Shown here in pieces: positions 8,837 to 18,126 of a stretch of 64,000 bases of DNA (positions are counted from its first letter, which is position 1; each line of letters starts with the position of its first letter). The stretch lies in contig CAZQQT010000007.1 of the NCBI GenBank assembly GCA_964595645.1, positions 72,809 through 136,808 of the forward strand, read 5' to 3'. The notes below the pieces were generated by a model that searched no databases, had not been told where the DNA came from, and saw only the letters and a program-made list of their open reading frames with translations. The stretch is from an uncultured Thermococci archaeon. Lineage in GTDB: Archaea; Methanobacteriota_B; Thermococci; Methanofastidiosales; B48-G16. The translations under genes and the position numbers were made by a program.

Positions 8837-10363
8837 ATGCAAAAAAAACTAGGAAAAATGACACTTGATAGGCTTGAATCACATTTATGGGAGTCTGCAA
8901 ACATTTTGAGAGGAAGTATCGACTCATCTGACTACAAGAATTATATTTTTGGTCTACTGTTTCTGAAACGGCTGAGTGATGTATTCGAAGAGAAACAAGA
9001 AGAAATCAGGAAAAATCATGGAGAAGAATTTATCGAAGATAGAGACTTCCATGAGTTTTATGTGCCTGAGAGAGCCCGCTGGGACAACATCAAAGAAAAA
9101 ACACAAGACATTGGTGCAGAACTAAACAAAGCATTTGAAGTCTTGGAGGAAGAAAACAGTCTTTTAGAGGGAGTATTAGTCAGCATTGACTATAACGATA
9201 AAGAACGGCTACCTGACAACGTGCTAGAAGAACTCATTCAACATTTCACAACATATGGGTTGGGGAACAAGGATCTGGAGGATCCCGATCTGTTAGGCAG
9301 AGCCTACGAATACCTCATCCGACAGTTTGCCGACGATGCAGGGAAAAAAGGAGGTGAGTTTTACACACCTCGAGGCGTGGTTAAACTGATAGTGGAGATA
9401 CTGGATCCGAAGGAAGGAATGAGAATCTACGACCCCTGTTGCGGATCCGGTGGAATGCTGATATACTCTGCAAAGCATTTAGAAGAGAATGGTCACAGCC
9501 CTTCGGAAATATCGCTGTACGGACAGGAACGGAATCTGAATACCTGGGCCATCTGCAAGATGAACATGTTGCTTCATGGGTTATACGATGCAAAAGTAGA
9601 GAAGGGAGATACCATGCGGGATCCAAAGTTCGTGGAGGAAGGAACATTGCAGCAGTTCGATATTGTGGTCGCAAATCCTATGTGGAACCAGAGTTCGTGG
9701 AGCAAAGAGTACCTCAAAAATGCCGAGCCGTATGGGCGCTTCTCTTATGGACTTCCACCAAAGAACTCGGCGGACTGGGCGTGGATACAACACATGCTGG
9801 CCAGCACACACAAAAAGGGGAAGGTCGGCGTTGTTTTGGATAACGGTGTGCTGTTCAGAAGCAGAAGTGAGGGTAAAATCAGGGAGAAGGTGATAAAAGA
9901 CGATCTCATTGAAGCCGTCATTGCCCTCCCACCAAATCTATTCTACAACACATCGTCTCCGGGAACGATCCTCATTCTCAACAAGGACAAACCTACCGAG
10001 CGAAAAGATAAAGTCATCTTCGTGTATGCCGAGGAGGAATACAGAGAAGGAAGTGCACAGAATTTCTTGGAAGAAGAGCACATCCAGAAGATCGTGGATG
10101 CTATCGAAGATTATGAAGATCAAGAGAGATTCTGCAGAGTCGTTGGATATGAAGAGATCGAGAAGAACGACTTTAATTTAAATGTTCCCAGGTATGTGGA
10201 TACTATTGAGCCGGAGGAACCGATAGATGTGAACGAAGCATGGGCTGAGTTGAAAGAAGTTGAGCAGGAAAGAGACGAGATTACGAGTGAGATGAACGGA
10301 TATCTGGAGGAGATCGGGTATGATTACTCTATGGTTGAGGGAAGTGGTGGGAAAGAAAAATGA
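8837..10363 (+). CDS. hsdM: Type I restriction-modification system, N6-adenine DNA methyltransferase subunit HsdM
   Basis: N-terminal HsdM_N region (LWESANILRGS...YKNYIFGLLFLKRLSD). AdoMet-binding motif I (IYDPCCGSGGML). Catalytic NPMW(N) motif IV (VVANPMWNQ). Confidence 0.9.
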   Translation: MQKKLGKMTLDRLESHLWESANILRGSIDSSDYKNYIFGLLFLKRLSDVFEEKQEEIRKNHGEEFIEDRDFHEFYVPERARWDNIKEKTQDIGAELNKAFEVLEEENSLLEGVLVSIDYNDKERLPDNVLEELIQHFTTYGLGNKDLEDPDLLGRAYEYLIRQFADDAGKKGGEFYTPRGVVKLIVEILDPKEGMRIYDPCCGSGGMLIYSAKHLEENGHSPSEISLYGQERNLNTWAICKMNMLLHGLYDAKVEKGDTMRDPKFVEEGTLQQFDIVVANPMWNQSSWSKEYLKNAEPYGRFSYGLPPKNSADWAWIQHMLASTHKKGKVGVVLDNGVLFRSRSEGKIREKVIKDDLIEAVIALPPNLFYNTSSPGTILILNKDKPTERKDKVIFVYAEEEYREGSAQNFLEEEHIQKIVDAIEDYEDQERFCRVVGYEEIEKNDFNLNVPRYVDTIEPEEPIDVNEAWAELKEVEQERDEITSEMNGYLEEIGYDYSMVEGSGGKEK

Positions 10364-11871
10364 GAATCCTCTTGGATACGAACATATTGATATATCGGGA
10401 ATCAAACCAGATTCTTTCTGAGGACATCCAAGAGCTGACAAAAATACTGAATCGAGGTGACTTTGATATTCTAATTCACCCCGCAACTTTTGATGATATT
10501 AGTAAAGACGGGTATGAAAAAAGAAAAAGGATTATGGAATCTAAGTTCAAAACATATTCTACATTAGAAAAACCTCCGAACCCATTGGAAGATCAAGAAT
10601 TTTTAGATCGCGTTGAATGGTATTCACATCCCGAGGACGAGATTGACAATAAAATTCTTTATGCAGTATGCAGAAATGCAGTTGATTTTTTAATCACTGA
10701 AGATCATGGGATACATCACAATGCTAAGGAGATTGGTATTGATGAACGTGTTCTTCTTGCACAAGACGCTTTGAAATTATTTGAACAAAAGGAAGAAAAA
10801 CCTCCGAATGTACCTCCATCGTTGGAAAAAAATTATGTTTACAATTTGGACATTTCCGATCCTATTTTCGATAGCTTAAAAAGAGATTATCCGGATTTCG
10901 AGGATTGGTTTGAGAAAATATCGAAAGAGGGAAGGAAATGTTATGTTAACCGTAGAAAAGACGGTAAAGTAGGTGCTTTGTTGATATATAAACTGGAAGA
11001 AGAAGATATGACCAACACAAGTCCACCTTTACCATTGAAAAGGAGATTAAAAATATGTACCTTAAAAGTCACTCATGTCGGTTATAAGATAGGAGAACTA
11101 TTCATTAAAACCTCAGTAGACATGGCATTGAAAAAAGGTTGTGAACAAATCTATCTCACACATTTCACAGAACCCGACGATAGATTGGTATCATTGATAA
11201 ACGATTTTGGGTTTTACAAAGGAGCGGTTAAACATTGGGATGATGGTCGAGAAGAAGACATTTTTTTGAAAGAACTATTTGCCGGAGATGACGTAGAACA
11301 ATTATCCCCGCTAGAGATCTCTGAAAAATATTATCCAACATACTATCATGGAAGAAATGTTCGCAAATTTATTGTACCAATAGTCCCAAAGTACCACGAT
11401 AGGCTATTCACCGACTGCGGGGGACGACAAACCTTTTTACATGAACATGCTGGCGAGTTCGTAACGGAGGGAAACACAATAAAAAAAGCTTATTTAAGCC
11501 ATTCAAAAACCGGAATGGTAAGACCAGGCGATATTCTGCTCTTTTATCGTTCTCATGATCAACAAAGAATAACTTCTCTCGGTGTTGTGGAAAAAGTTCA
11601 TGATGAACTTACAAATGCAGGTGAAATAGCCAGTATTGTGGGTAAACGTACTGTCTATTCGTTAAGAGAAATAGAAGAAATGTCAGAAAAAGAAACAAAG
11701 GTAATTTTGTTTAGACATCACTTTCACTTGCCTCTTCCACTAGATTATAAATTCTTGAGGAAACAATCCATAATCAAAGGGCCTACAAGGTCTATAACTA
11801 AAATCGACCACGATAACTATTTAAAAATGGTTGAAAAAGGTGGTATAGATGAACGTTTTACTGTCGATTAA
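10360..11871 (+). CDS. Three-domain fusion inserted in the hsd operon: N-terminal PIN-domain nuclease, central GNAT-like acetyltransferase fold, C-terminal PUA/ASCH-like domain
   Basis: PIN signature (MRILLDTNILIY...DFLITED). GNAT-like block (GALLIYKL...LKICTLKV...GYKIGELFIKTSVDMALKKGCEQIYL). C-terminal PUA-like block (GMVRPGDILLFYRSHDQQRITSLGVVEKV). ATGA overlap with the hsdM stop. Confidence 0.5.
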   Translation: MRILLDTNILIYRESNQILSEDIQELTKILNRGDFDILIHPATFDDISKDGYEKRKRIMESKFKTYSTLEKPPNPLEDQEFLDRVEWYSHPEDEIDNKILYAVCRNAVDFLITEDHGIHHNAKEIGIDERVLLAQDALKLFEQKEEKPPNVPPSLEKNYVYNLDISDPIFDSLKRDYPDFEDWFEKISKEGRKCYVNRRKDGKVGALLIYKLEEEDMTNTSPPLPLKRRLKICTLKVTHVGYKIGELFIKTSVDMALKKGCEQIYLTHFTEPDDRLVSLINDFGFYKGAVKHWDDGREEDIFLKELFAGDDVEQLSPLEISEKYYPTYYHGRNVRKFIVPIVPKYHDRLFTDCGGRQTFLHEHAGEFVTEGNTIKKAYLSHSKTGMVRPGDILLFYRSHDQQRITSLGVVEKVHDELTNAGEIASIVGKRTVYSLREIEEMSEKETKVILFRHHFHLPLPLDYKFLRKQSIIKGPTRSITKIDHDNYLKMVEKGGIDERFTVD

Positions 11872-12253
11872 ACCAAAATATGTTGAAAAGATCGCCGAGG
11901 GTGAGAAGAAACTGGAGTTCAGAAAGGTGATCTTCAAGGACGAGAACAGGCCGGACACCATATACATATATTGCACCTCTCCTGTCAAGAAGATAATCGG
12001 CTATTTCACCACCGGTGAGATCTTCGAGGACGACCCGGCCGAGCTCTGGGACAGGTTCCATAACCTTGCAGGTATAAGTGAAGAGGAGTTCTTCGATTAC
12101 TTCTCGGGAAAGGAAAGAGGATACGCCATCGGTATCGAGGACTTCAACCAGTTCGACAACGCTATCGACCCTTACGAAGTGATCCCGGGATTCACACCAC
12201 CCCAGTCCTTCTGCTATATGAACGACGATCTCCAGAGGTATCACGATGTCTGA
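11849..12253 (+). CDS. ASCH-domain (PUA-like superfamily) protein
   Basis: Highly typical ASCH N-terminus (MNVLLSIKPKYVEKIAEGEKKLEFRK) and core (GYFTTGEIF...PQSF). It overlaps the upstream stop and the hsdS start. Noticeably more GC-rich than the flanking genes. Confidence 0.65.
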   Translation: MNVLLSIKPKYVEKIAEGEKKLEFRKVIFKDENRPDTIYIYCTSPVKKIIGYFTTGEIFEDDPAELWDRFHNLAGISEEEFFDYFSGKERGYAIGIEDFNQFDNAIDPYEVIPGFTPPQSFCYMNDDLQRYHDV

Positions 12254-13568
12254 GTACAAGGAAGTGCAGATCGGGCCCAAGACGGTGGAGATACCTGTGG
12301 AGTGGGATAAAGTTAAAGTTGAAGGTATTTTCGAGATAATTAAAGGGCAAAGTTATAAAAGTAAATATTATGCTGATGAAGAGGATGGGTTTATATTCAT
12401 TAATTTAAAATGTATAAACAAGAAAGGAGGATTTAATAAAGAAGGTATAAAATTTTATCAGGGACCTTTTGCAGAGAAAAATTTTGTTGAACCAGGAAAT
12501 TTGATAATGGCCAATACAGATTTAAACCGTGACGCAGAAGTAGTAGGATATCCTCTTTATGTACCAGAATTTAATAATGAAAAAAAAATAGGAATATCTA
12601 TGGATGTCTCAGTGTTAAGAAAAAAGAACAGTTGTGTAATTGATAAATATTTTTATTATTTATTTAGCAATGAGATTATTCACGGTGCAGTACAAAATTT
12701 TGCTGAAGGATCAACTGTATTACATCTTGATTTAGATTCTGTAAAAAATTTAACAATCCCCCTCCCACCACTCCCCGAACAGCGCCGTATCGCAGAGATC
12801 TTATCTACCGTGGACGATGCCATCCAGAAGACGGATGAGGTCATCGAGAAGGCGGAGAGGTTGAAGAAGGGGCTGATGCAGGACCTGTTGACCAAGGGGA
12901 TAGGGCACGATGAGTTTAAGGAAGTGCAGATCGGGCCGAGATCTATTAAAATCCCCAAAGAATGGGATATTAAGAATTTACAACCGTCCAATGGGATTGT
13001 AAAAAAAGTTACTGATGGATCCCATTACTCACCACCCCAAATAGAAGAGGGTGAATATCTTTACGCAACCGTTACGAACTTTAGCGATAGGGGTATAGAT
13101 TATGGAACATGTAATAAAATAAATGAAGAAGAATATCTTAAGATGGTAGAAGGGGGTAATAAACCTCTGAAAGGAGATGTACTTTTCAGTAAAGATGGGA
13201 CTATTGGAATCACTGATGTATATGAAGATGATGAAGATGTGGTATTACTTTCGTCCATTGCAATCATTAGGCCTATACAAAATCAAGTAAATCCAATTTA
13301 TTTGAAATATTTTCTATCTTCAAAAGAAATCGAACATCAAATACGTTCTTTTAAAAGTGGAACTGCGATTCGCCGTGTAGTTCTTAGAGATATCAAAAAA
13401 TTCAAAATTCCACTACCATCTCTACCCGAACAGCGCCGCATCGCAGAGATTCTATCAAATATCGACAGTAAAATCCAAAAAGAAAAATCCTATAAACAAA
13501 ACCTCCAGAAACTCAAAAAAGGATTGATGCAGGACCTGTTGACAGGAAAAGTGAGGGTGAATACATGA
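12246..13568 (+). CDS. hsdS: Type I R-M specificity subunit HsdS with two target-recognition domains
   Basis: Two-fold internal repeat architecture. Each TRD is preceded by (E/Y)KEVQIGP(K/R) and followed by the conserved coiled-coil LP(P/S)LPEQRRIAEILS...KKGLMQDLLT(K/G). Confidence 0.85.
   Translation: MSEYKEVQIGPKTVEIPVEWDKVKVEGIFEIIKGQSYKSKYYADEEDGFIFINLKCINKKGGFNKEGIKFYQGPFAEKNFVEPGNLIMANTDLNRDAEVVGYPLYVPEFNNEKKIGISMDVSVLRKKNSCVIDKYFYYLFSNEIIHGAVQNFAEGSTVLHLDLDSVKNLTIPLPPLPEQRRIAEILSTVDDAIQKTDEVIEKAERLKKGLMQDLLTKGIGHDEFKEVQIGPRSIKIPKEWDIKNLQPSNGIVKKVTDGSHYSPPQIEEGEYLYATVTNFSDRGIDYGTCNKINEEEYLKMVEGGNKPLKGDVLFSKDGTIGITDVYEDDEDVVLLSSIAIIRPIQNQVNPIYLKYFLSSKEIEHQIRSFKSGTAIRRVVLRDIKKFKIPLPSLPEQRRIAEILSNIDSKIQKEKSYKQNLQKLKKGLMQDLLTGKVRVNT
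12771..12893 (+). repeat. hsdS central conserved region, copy A of an intragenic direct repeat (...ccgaacagcgccgtatcgcagagatc...ctgatgcaggacctgttgac...)
   Basis: Near-identical DNA to 13421..13545. Classic hsdS repeat that enables TRD shuffling. Confidence 0.7.
13421..13545 (+). repeat. hsdS distal conserved region, copy B of the intragenic direct repeat
   Basis: Matches 12771..12893 at DNA level. A second short repeat pair lies at 12249..12292 and 12912..12955 (gag t(a/t)(c/t)aaggaagtgcagatcgggcc). Confidence 0.7.
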
Positions 13569-16500
13569 CACAGGATTGGACTGAGTACCACCTGACGGAG
13601 AAACCAGCATTAGATCTTCTAGAAGAGCTGGGGTATACAGTCTACGATATCAATGAGACCTTTGAACGACCGGAACGAGACTTGTTGCGAGAGGTGCTGT
13701 TACTGAACAACGTACGGTCGGCGATTCAACGAATTAACCCATGGATCTCAGAGAATAACCTCAATAAAGCGGTGAACATGATCCGTCCCACAAGAATCCG
13801 GGCCGCTGGAATGATAGAAGCCAACGAGATCACCTACACCCGACTGGTCAAGTACATCTCAGTTCCTCAGGATCTGGGAAAAGGAAAAAAGAATCAGACG
13901 GTAAAGTACATTGATTTTGAGCATCCTGAAAACAACGAGTTCTTGGCACTGAACCAGTACAAGGTAAAAGGACACGAGAAAATAAAACCGGACATCGTGA
14001 TCTTTGTTAACGGCATTCCCATCGGCGTCATCGAGTGCAAAAACGAGACTACCTGCGATGATCCAGAGGACGATGCCATCGATCAGTTGCGACGGTATCA
14101 GAACATTCGGTACGAGAATGAGAATGAAGGTGCAGAGCAACTGTTTTATCCTAACCAAATACTTGTAGCAGCCTGGCGGGATTCTGCCTCCTCCTGTGCC
14201 ATTGGTGCACCAGCCCGACAGTTCAAAGCGTGGAAGGATCCCTATCCACACACAAAAGAAGAGATTCGATCCGTAGTCGGAAGAAACGTTACCCTCCAAG
14301 ATATACTCCTCTTCTCCCTCTTCAAAAAAGATCGTCTGCTAGATCTCATTCAGAACTTCATCGTGTTTGAACGCGCAGGAAACAAGCTCATCAAAAAACT
14401 GGCGCGGTACCAGCAGTATCGAGCAGTAACCAAAGCTGTCGAACGGATAAAGAACGCAGACACACTGATTGATCGGAGTGGTACTGTCTGGCACACTCAG
14501 GGATCGGGGAAGTCTCTCTCCATGCTCTTTTTGGCCCTCAAACTGCGACGAATGGAAGGACTGGGAAATCCCACACTTCTCGTAGTAACAGACAGAATCG
14601 ATCTCGACGACCAGATCACCGGTACCTTCGAACGGTGCGGATTTCCAAATCCAATCCAAGCGCAAGATACAGACAATCTCAAAGAGTTGCTCAGAAGAAA
14701 CGTCGGAAAAACGATTATGACGACGGTGCACAAATTCCAGGAACGTGTGAAGGAGAAATACCCTGTTCTCACTGAAGATACGAATGTGTTTGTAATGGCC
14801 GACGAGGCACACAGGACACAGTACAAAGACTTGGCGGCAAATATGCGAAGAGCCTTGCCCAACGCCTGCTACTTGGGATTCACGGGGACGCCTATCGACA
14901 AAGAAGAGAGAAGCACACTGCGGACCTTCGGATCCTATATCGACACCTACACCATCGATGAGTCCGTTGACGATGGAATGACGCTCAATATCCTTTACGA
15001 GGGAAGAATCCCTGAGTTACGAGTTGAAGGACGCGATCTCGACGATTTATTCGACAGAATATTCAAAAACTACTCCAACGAAGAGAAGAAAAAAATAAAA
15101 GAGAAGTACGCAACTGAACGAGACATTGCTGAAGCAAAATCCAGAATTGAACGGATATGTCTTGATATCATCGATCATTACGAATCAAAAATATATCCCC
15201 TCAAAGGACAGATAGTAACAGTGAGCAGAGAAGCAGCCGCCAGATACAAGGAAGCAATGGACAGGTTTAACGGACCTGAGTCTGCTGTGATCATCAGCAG
15301 TGATCAGAACGATCCGCCGCTTCTCAAGAAGTACCATACATCTGCTGGTGAACGAAAGCATCTTATTGAAACATTTAAAGATCCGGAAAGTAATCTCTGC
15401 CTCCTCATTGTCTGTGATATGCTGCTGACTGGATTTGACGCACCAGTAGAGCAGGTAATGTATTTAGACAAGCCGCTCAAAGAACATAATCTCCTGCAAG
15501 CGATTGCACGAGTGAACAGACGGTTTGAAGAGAAAAATTATGGTCTTATTGTGGACTACTATGGCGTGTTTGATTACCTCCAAGAAGCATTGGCCGTCTT
15601 CAATAAAAAGGATATAGAAAACGCTGTCACCCCCATCAAGGATGAAAAACCGAGGCTGGAGAGAACGTATAGACAGGTTATGCAGTTTTTTGAAGGAGTG
15701 GATCTTGATGACCTCGATGAGTGCATCCTAACCTTTAAAGACGAAGACAAACGACTGAAGTTCAAACGTGCTTTTAAAGCCTTTGCAAAGAGCATGGATA
15801 TCGTTATGCCCGATCCAATCGCGGATCCGTACCGTGAGGATCTCAAAACACTGGGGAAAATTTACAAAGCGGTGAGAAACCACTACCGTGACAGCTCTTT
15901 GGACATAAAGGGTGTTGGTGGGAAGGTAAAGCGGCTAATAGATGAACATATTCGCGCAACCGACATCAAAATACTCAATGAACCGGTCTCTATTCTTGAC
16001 AAAGAGGAGTTCGATCGTACTGTAGAAGAGCATGAAAATATTGAGACTAAAGCTAGTGAGATGGAACACGCAATCCGAAGTGAGATTAGTGTGAAAATGG
16101 AAGAGAACCCTGTCTTTTACCAATCGCTGAAAGAACGGTTAGAGGAAATTATCGAAAAGAGAGTCCAGGGAAGATTCACCTTTACCAAACAGTTAGAAGA
16201 AATGAGAGAGATAATCCACGAAATTCGAGATGTGAGGACAAAAGCCGAGAAGCTAGGATTGAATGAGCGAGAGTTTGCTCTCTACGAACTGCTCCTCGAC
16301 GAAAGAGAACATGAACGGGTGGAGACAGTGAGTGAGAGTACGGGAGCCTACCATCCTGGTGGTCCTGAACTGCATATTAATAAAAAGGTTAGAGATTTAT
16401 CCAAACAATTAATGGACGACCTTGAAGACATGAGAGTCGTGGATTGGAAGGAAAAGAAAATGATTCTAAAAGAAATGAGAAAAGTGATCAAACTCACGTT

Positions 16501-16579
16501 GAGTGAGTACAAAGAATTCAAGAAAAATCTGGATAGCGTCACAACGAAAGTGATCAAACTCGCGAGGAATATCCTATGA
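13565..16579 (+). CDS. hsdR: Type I R-M restriction subunit HsdR (SF2 helicase/translocase plus N-terminal PD-(D/E)xK nuclease)
   Basis: Nuclease motif (PDIVIFVNGIPIGVIECK). Helicase motif I (TQGSGKSLSM), motif II (DEAH: VMADEAHRTQ) and later motifs (TGFDAP, QAIARVNR). 1004 aa. ATGA overlaps at both ends. Confidence 0.9.
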   Translation: MTQDWTEYHLTEKPALDLLEELGYTVYDINETFERPERDLLREVLLLNNVRSAIQRINPWISENNLNKAVNMIRPTRIRAAGMIEANEITYTRLVKYISVPQDLGKGKKNQTVKYIDFEHPENNEFLALNQYKVKGHEKIKPDIVIFVNGIPIGVIECKNETTCDDPEDDAIDQLRRYQNIRYENENEGAEQLFYPNQILVAAWRDSASSCAIGAPARQFKAWKDPYPHTKEEIRSVVGRNVTLQDILLFSLFKKDRLLDLIQNFIVFERAGNKLIKKLARYQQYRAVTKAVERIKNADTLIDRSGTVWHTQGSGKSLSMLFLALKLRRMEGLGNPTLLVVTDRIDLDDQITGTFERCGFPNPIQAQDTDNLKELLRRNVGKTIMTTVHKFQERVKEKYPVLTEDTNVFVMADEAHRTQYKDLAANMRRALPNACYLGFTGTPIDKEERSTLRTFGSYIDTYTIDESVDDGMTLNILYEGRIPELRVEGRDLDDLFDRIFKNYSNEEKKKIKEKYATERDIAEAKSRIERICLDIIDHYESKIYPLKGQIVTVSREAAARYKEAMDRFNGPESAVIISSDQNDPPLLKKYHTSAGERKHLIETFKDPESNLCLLIVCDMLLTGFDAPVEQVMYLDKPLKEHNLLQAIARVNRRFEEKNYGLIVDYYGVFDYLQEALAVFNKKDIENAVTPIKDEKPRLERTYRQVMQFFEGVDLDDLDECILTFKDEDKRLKFKRAFKAFAKSMDIVMPDPIADPYREDLKTLGKIYKAVRNHYRDSSLDIKGVGGKVKRLIDEHIRATDIKILNEPVSILDKEEFDRTVEEHENIETKASEMEHAIRSEISVKMEENPVFYQSLKERLEEIIEKRVQGRFTFTKQLEEMREIIHEIRDVRTKAEKLGLNEREFALYELLLDEREHERVETVSESTGAYHPGGPELHINKKVRDLSKQLMDDLEDMRVVDWKEKKMILKEMRKVIKLTLSEYKEFKKNLDSVTTKVIKLARNIL

Positions 16580-17313
16580 AATCTACAGAAAAAGTCTCCC
16601 TTGGAAAAACAACAATTCACTACAAAATTGTTCGGAGTAAGAGAAAGACGTTGGGAATTAAAGTTGGACTTGAAGAAGGAGTAATTGTTAGAGCACCGAC
16701 TCACTTACCGGTGGACGTTATACGAAAAAAGGTACAAGAAAAGGGGGACTGGATTCTACAAAAACTTGAAAAAATGGGTGAAATTGAGCCGAAACCAGCT
16801 CCTAAAGAATTTATGAGTGGAGAAAAATTGCCGTATTTAGGAAGAAGATATAGGTTAAAGGTTAATAAGGAAAATAATAGTTCTAAAGAAGTTGATGTGA
16901 GATTATATCGTGGTAAATTTTATATTGGCCTCAGCTCTCAGATAAACGAGAGTGAGAGAAGGACGAAAATACGGCAAGCGCTAATCAAATGGTATAGATC
17001 GCACGCACAAAAAAGAATCGCAGAAAGAGTAGAGAAGTATCAATCCAAAATTGGTGTAACGCCTGCGAAAGTAAAGGTAAAGCATCAAAAGAAACGGTGG
17101 GGGAGTTGCTCCAACAAGCGCAACCTGAACTTCAACTGGAGAATTATCATGGCCCCGATATCGCTTGTTGACTACGTGGTAGTACACGAACTTACTCATC
17201 TTAAGTACCCACATCACTCAAAAGAGTTCTGGGATACTATTGCATCAATTCTTCCTGACTATAAAGAAAGACGTGAAAGGTTAAGGGTAAAGGGAAACAC
17301 GTTAGAATTTTAG
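16576..17313 (+). CDS. DUF45/YgjP-like (WLM/M48-type) zinc metallopeptidase
   Basis: HExxH motif in the typical context (DYVVVHELTHLKYPHHSKEFW). Translationally coupled to hsdR. This family recurs next to hsdR genes. Confidence 0.7.
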   Translation: MKSTEKVSLGKTTIHYKIVRSKRKTLGIKVGLEEGVIVRAPTHLPVDVIRKKVQEKGDWILQKLEKMGEIEPKPAPKEFMSGEKLPYLGRRYRLKVNKENNSSKEVDVRLYRGKFYIGLSSQINESERRTKIRQALIKWYRSHAQKRIAERVEKYQSKIGVTPAKVKVKHQKKRWGSCSNKRNLNFNWRIIMAPISLVDYVVVHELTHLKYPHHSKEFWDTIASILPDYKERRERLRVKGNTLEF

Positions 17314-17370
17314 ATAGAGAGAATAGTATAGTAGAAGATTTATAAAGATCATCTGCGAAGAGAGAGGAGG

Positions 17371-18081
17371 GTGTGTGGTATGAAAAATTCATTCACGCTT
17401 CGTGAACTGCCAGAAGAAGAAAGACCAAGAGAGCGTCTTCAAACTCTTGGAGTGAATTATCTCTCAATGCAAGAACTATTAGCCTTAGTAATTGAAAGGG
17501 GAAGTAGAGGAAAGAATGTGTTGACTATTGCCCAAGAACTCCTCGCTACGTTCGGGAACCTCTCCAAAATCAAAGAAGCTTCCATAGAACAACTTCAACA
17601 GGTCGATGGAATCGGGATTGCTACTGCATGTAAGCTAAAGGCCTCGCTAAAATTAGGTGAAAAAGCATTGATCGTGCACGAACGGTATGGACAAAAAGTG
17701 GAATCACCGGAAAATATATTCCATTTACTTAAAAATGACCTGGGAAACAAAAAGAGAGAACATTTTAAAATAATCTTATTGAACACGAAAAAACATATTA
17801 TAGCCATTGAAAATATCTCTATCGGATCTTTAAATAGTAGCATTGCACACCCACGAGAGATATTCCGTTCTGCTATTCAACATGCAGCGGATTCTGTAAT
17901 TTTGGTGCATAATCATCCTTCGGGTGATCCTAGTCCAAGTGATGACGATATTGAGCTCACTGAAAGACTCATAAAGGTGGGAGATATTTTGGGTATAAAA
18001 GTAGTAGACCATGTGATTATCGCTGGTAAGTCCTTCGTGAACCTTCGGGGGGAGGAAGAAACTGCTGGAATATGGAAATAA
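17371..18081 (+). CDS. radC: RadC-like JAB/MPN-domain protein (HhH plus JAMM metalloprotease motif)
   Basis: HhH region (LQQVDGIGIATACKL). JAMM motif (ILVHNHPSGDPSPSDDD). Confidence 0.75.
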   Translation: MCGMKNSFTLRELPEEERPRERLQTLGVNYLSMQELLALVIERGSRGKNVLTIAQELLATFGNLSKIKEASIEQLQQVDGIGIATACKLKASLKLGEKALIVHERYGQKVESPENIFHLLKNDLGNKKREHFKIILLNTKKHIIAIENISIGSLNSSIAHPREIFRSAIQHAADSVILVHNHPSGDPSPSDDDIELTERLIKVGDILGIKVVDHVIIAGKSFVNLRGEEETAGIWK

Positions 18082-18126
18082 AGTATCTTAAGCTCATATC
18101 AAATCTTTGCATAGGAGTACCACAAT

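Noticed and set aside
9381-9893. Cluster of short ORFs on both strands inside hsdM
   Set aside because: hsdM motifs are in the annotated frame. The others are shadow ORFs.
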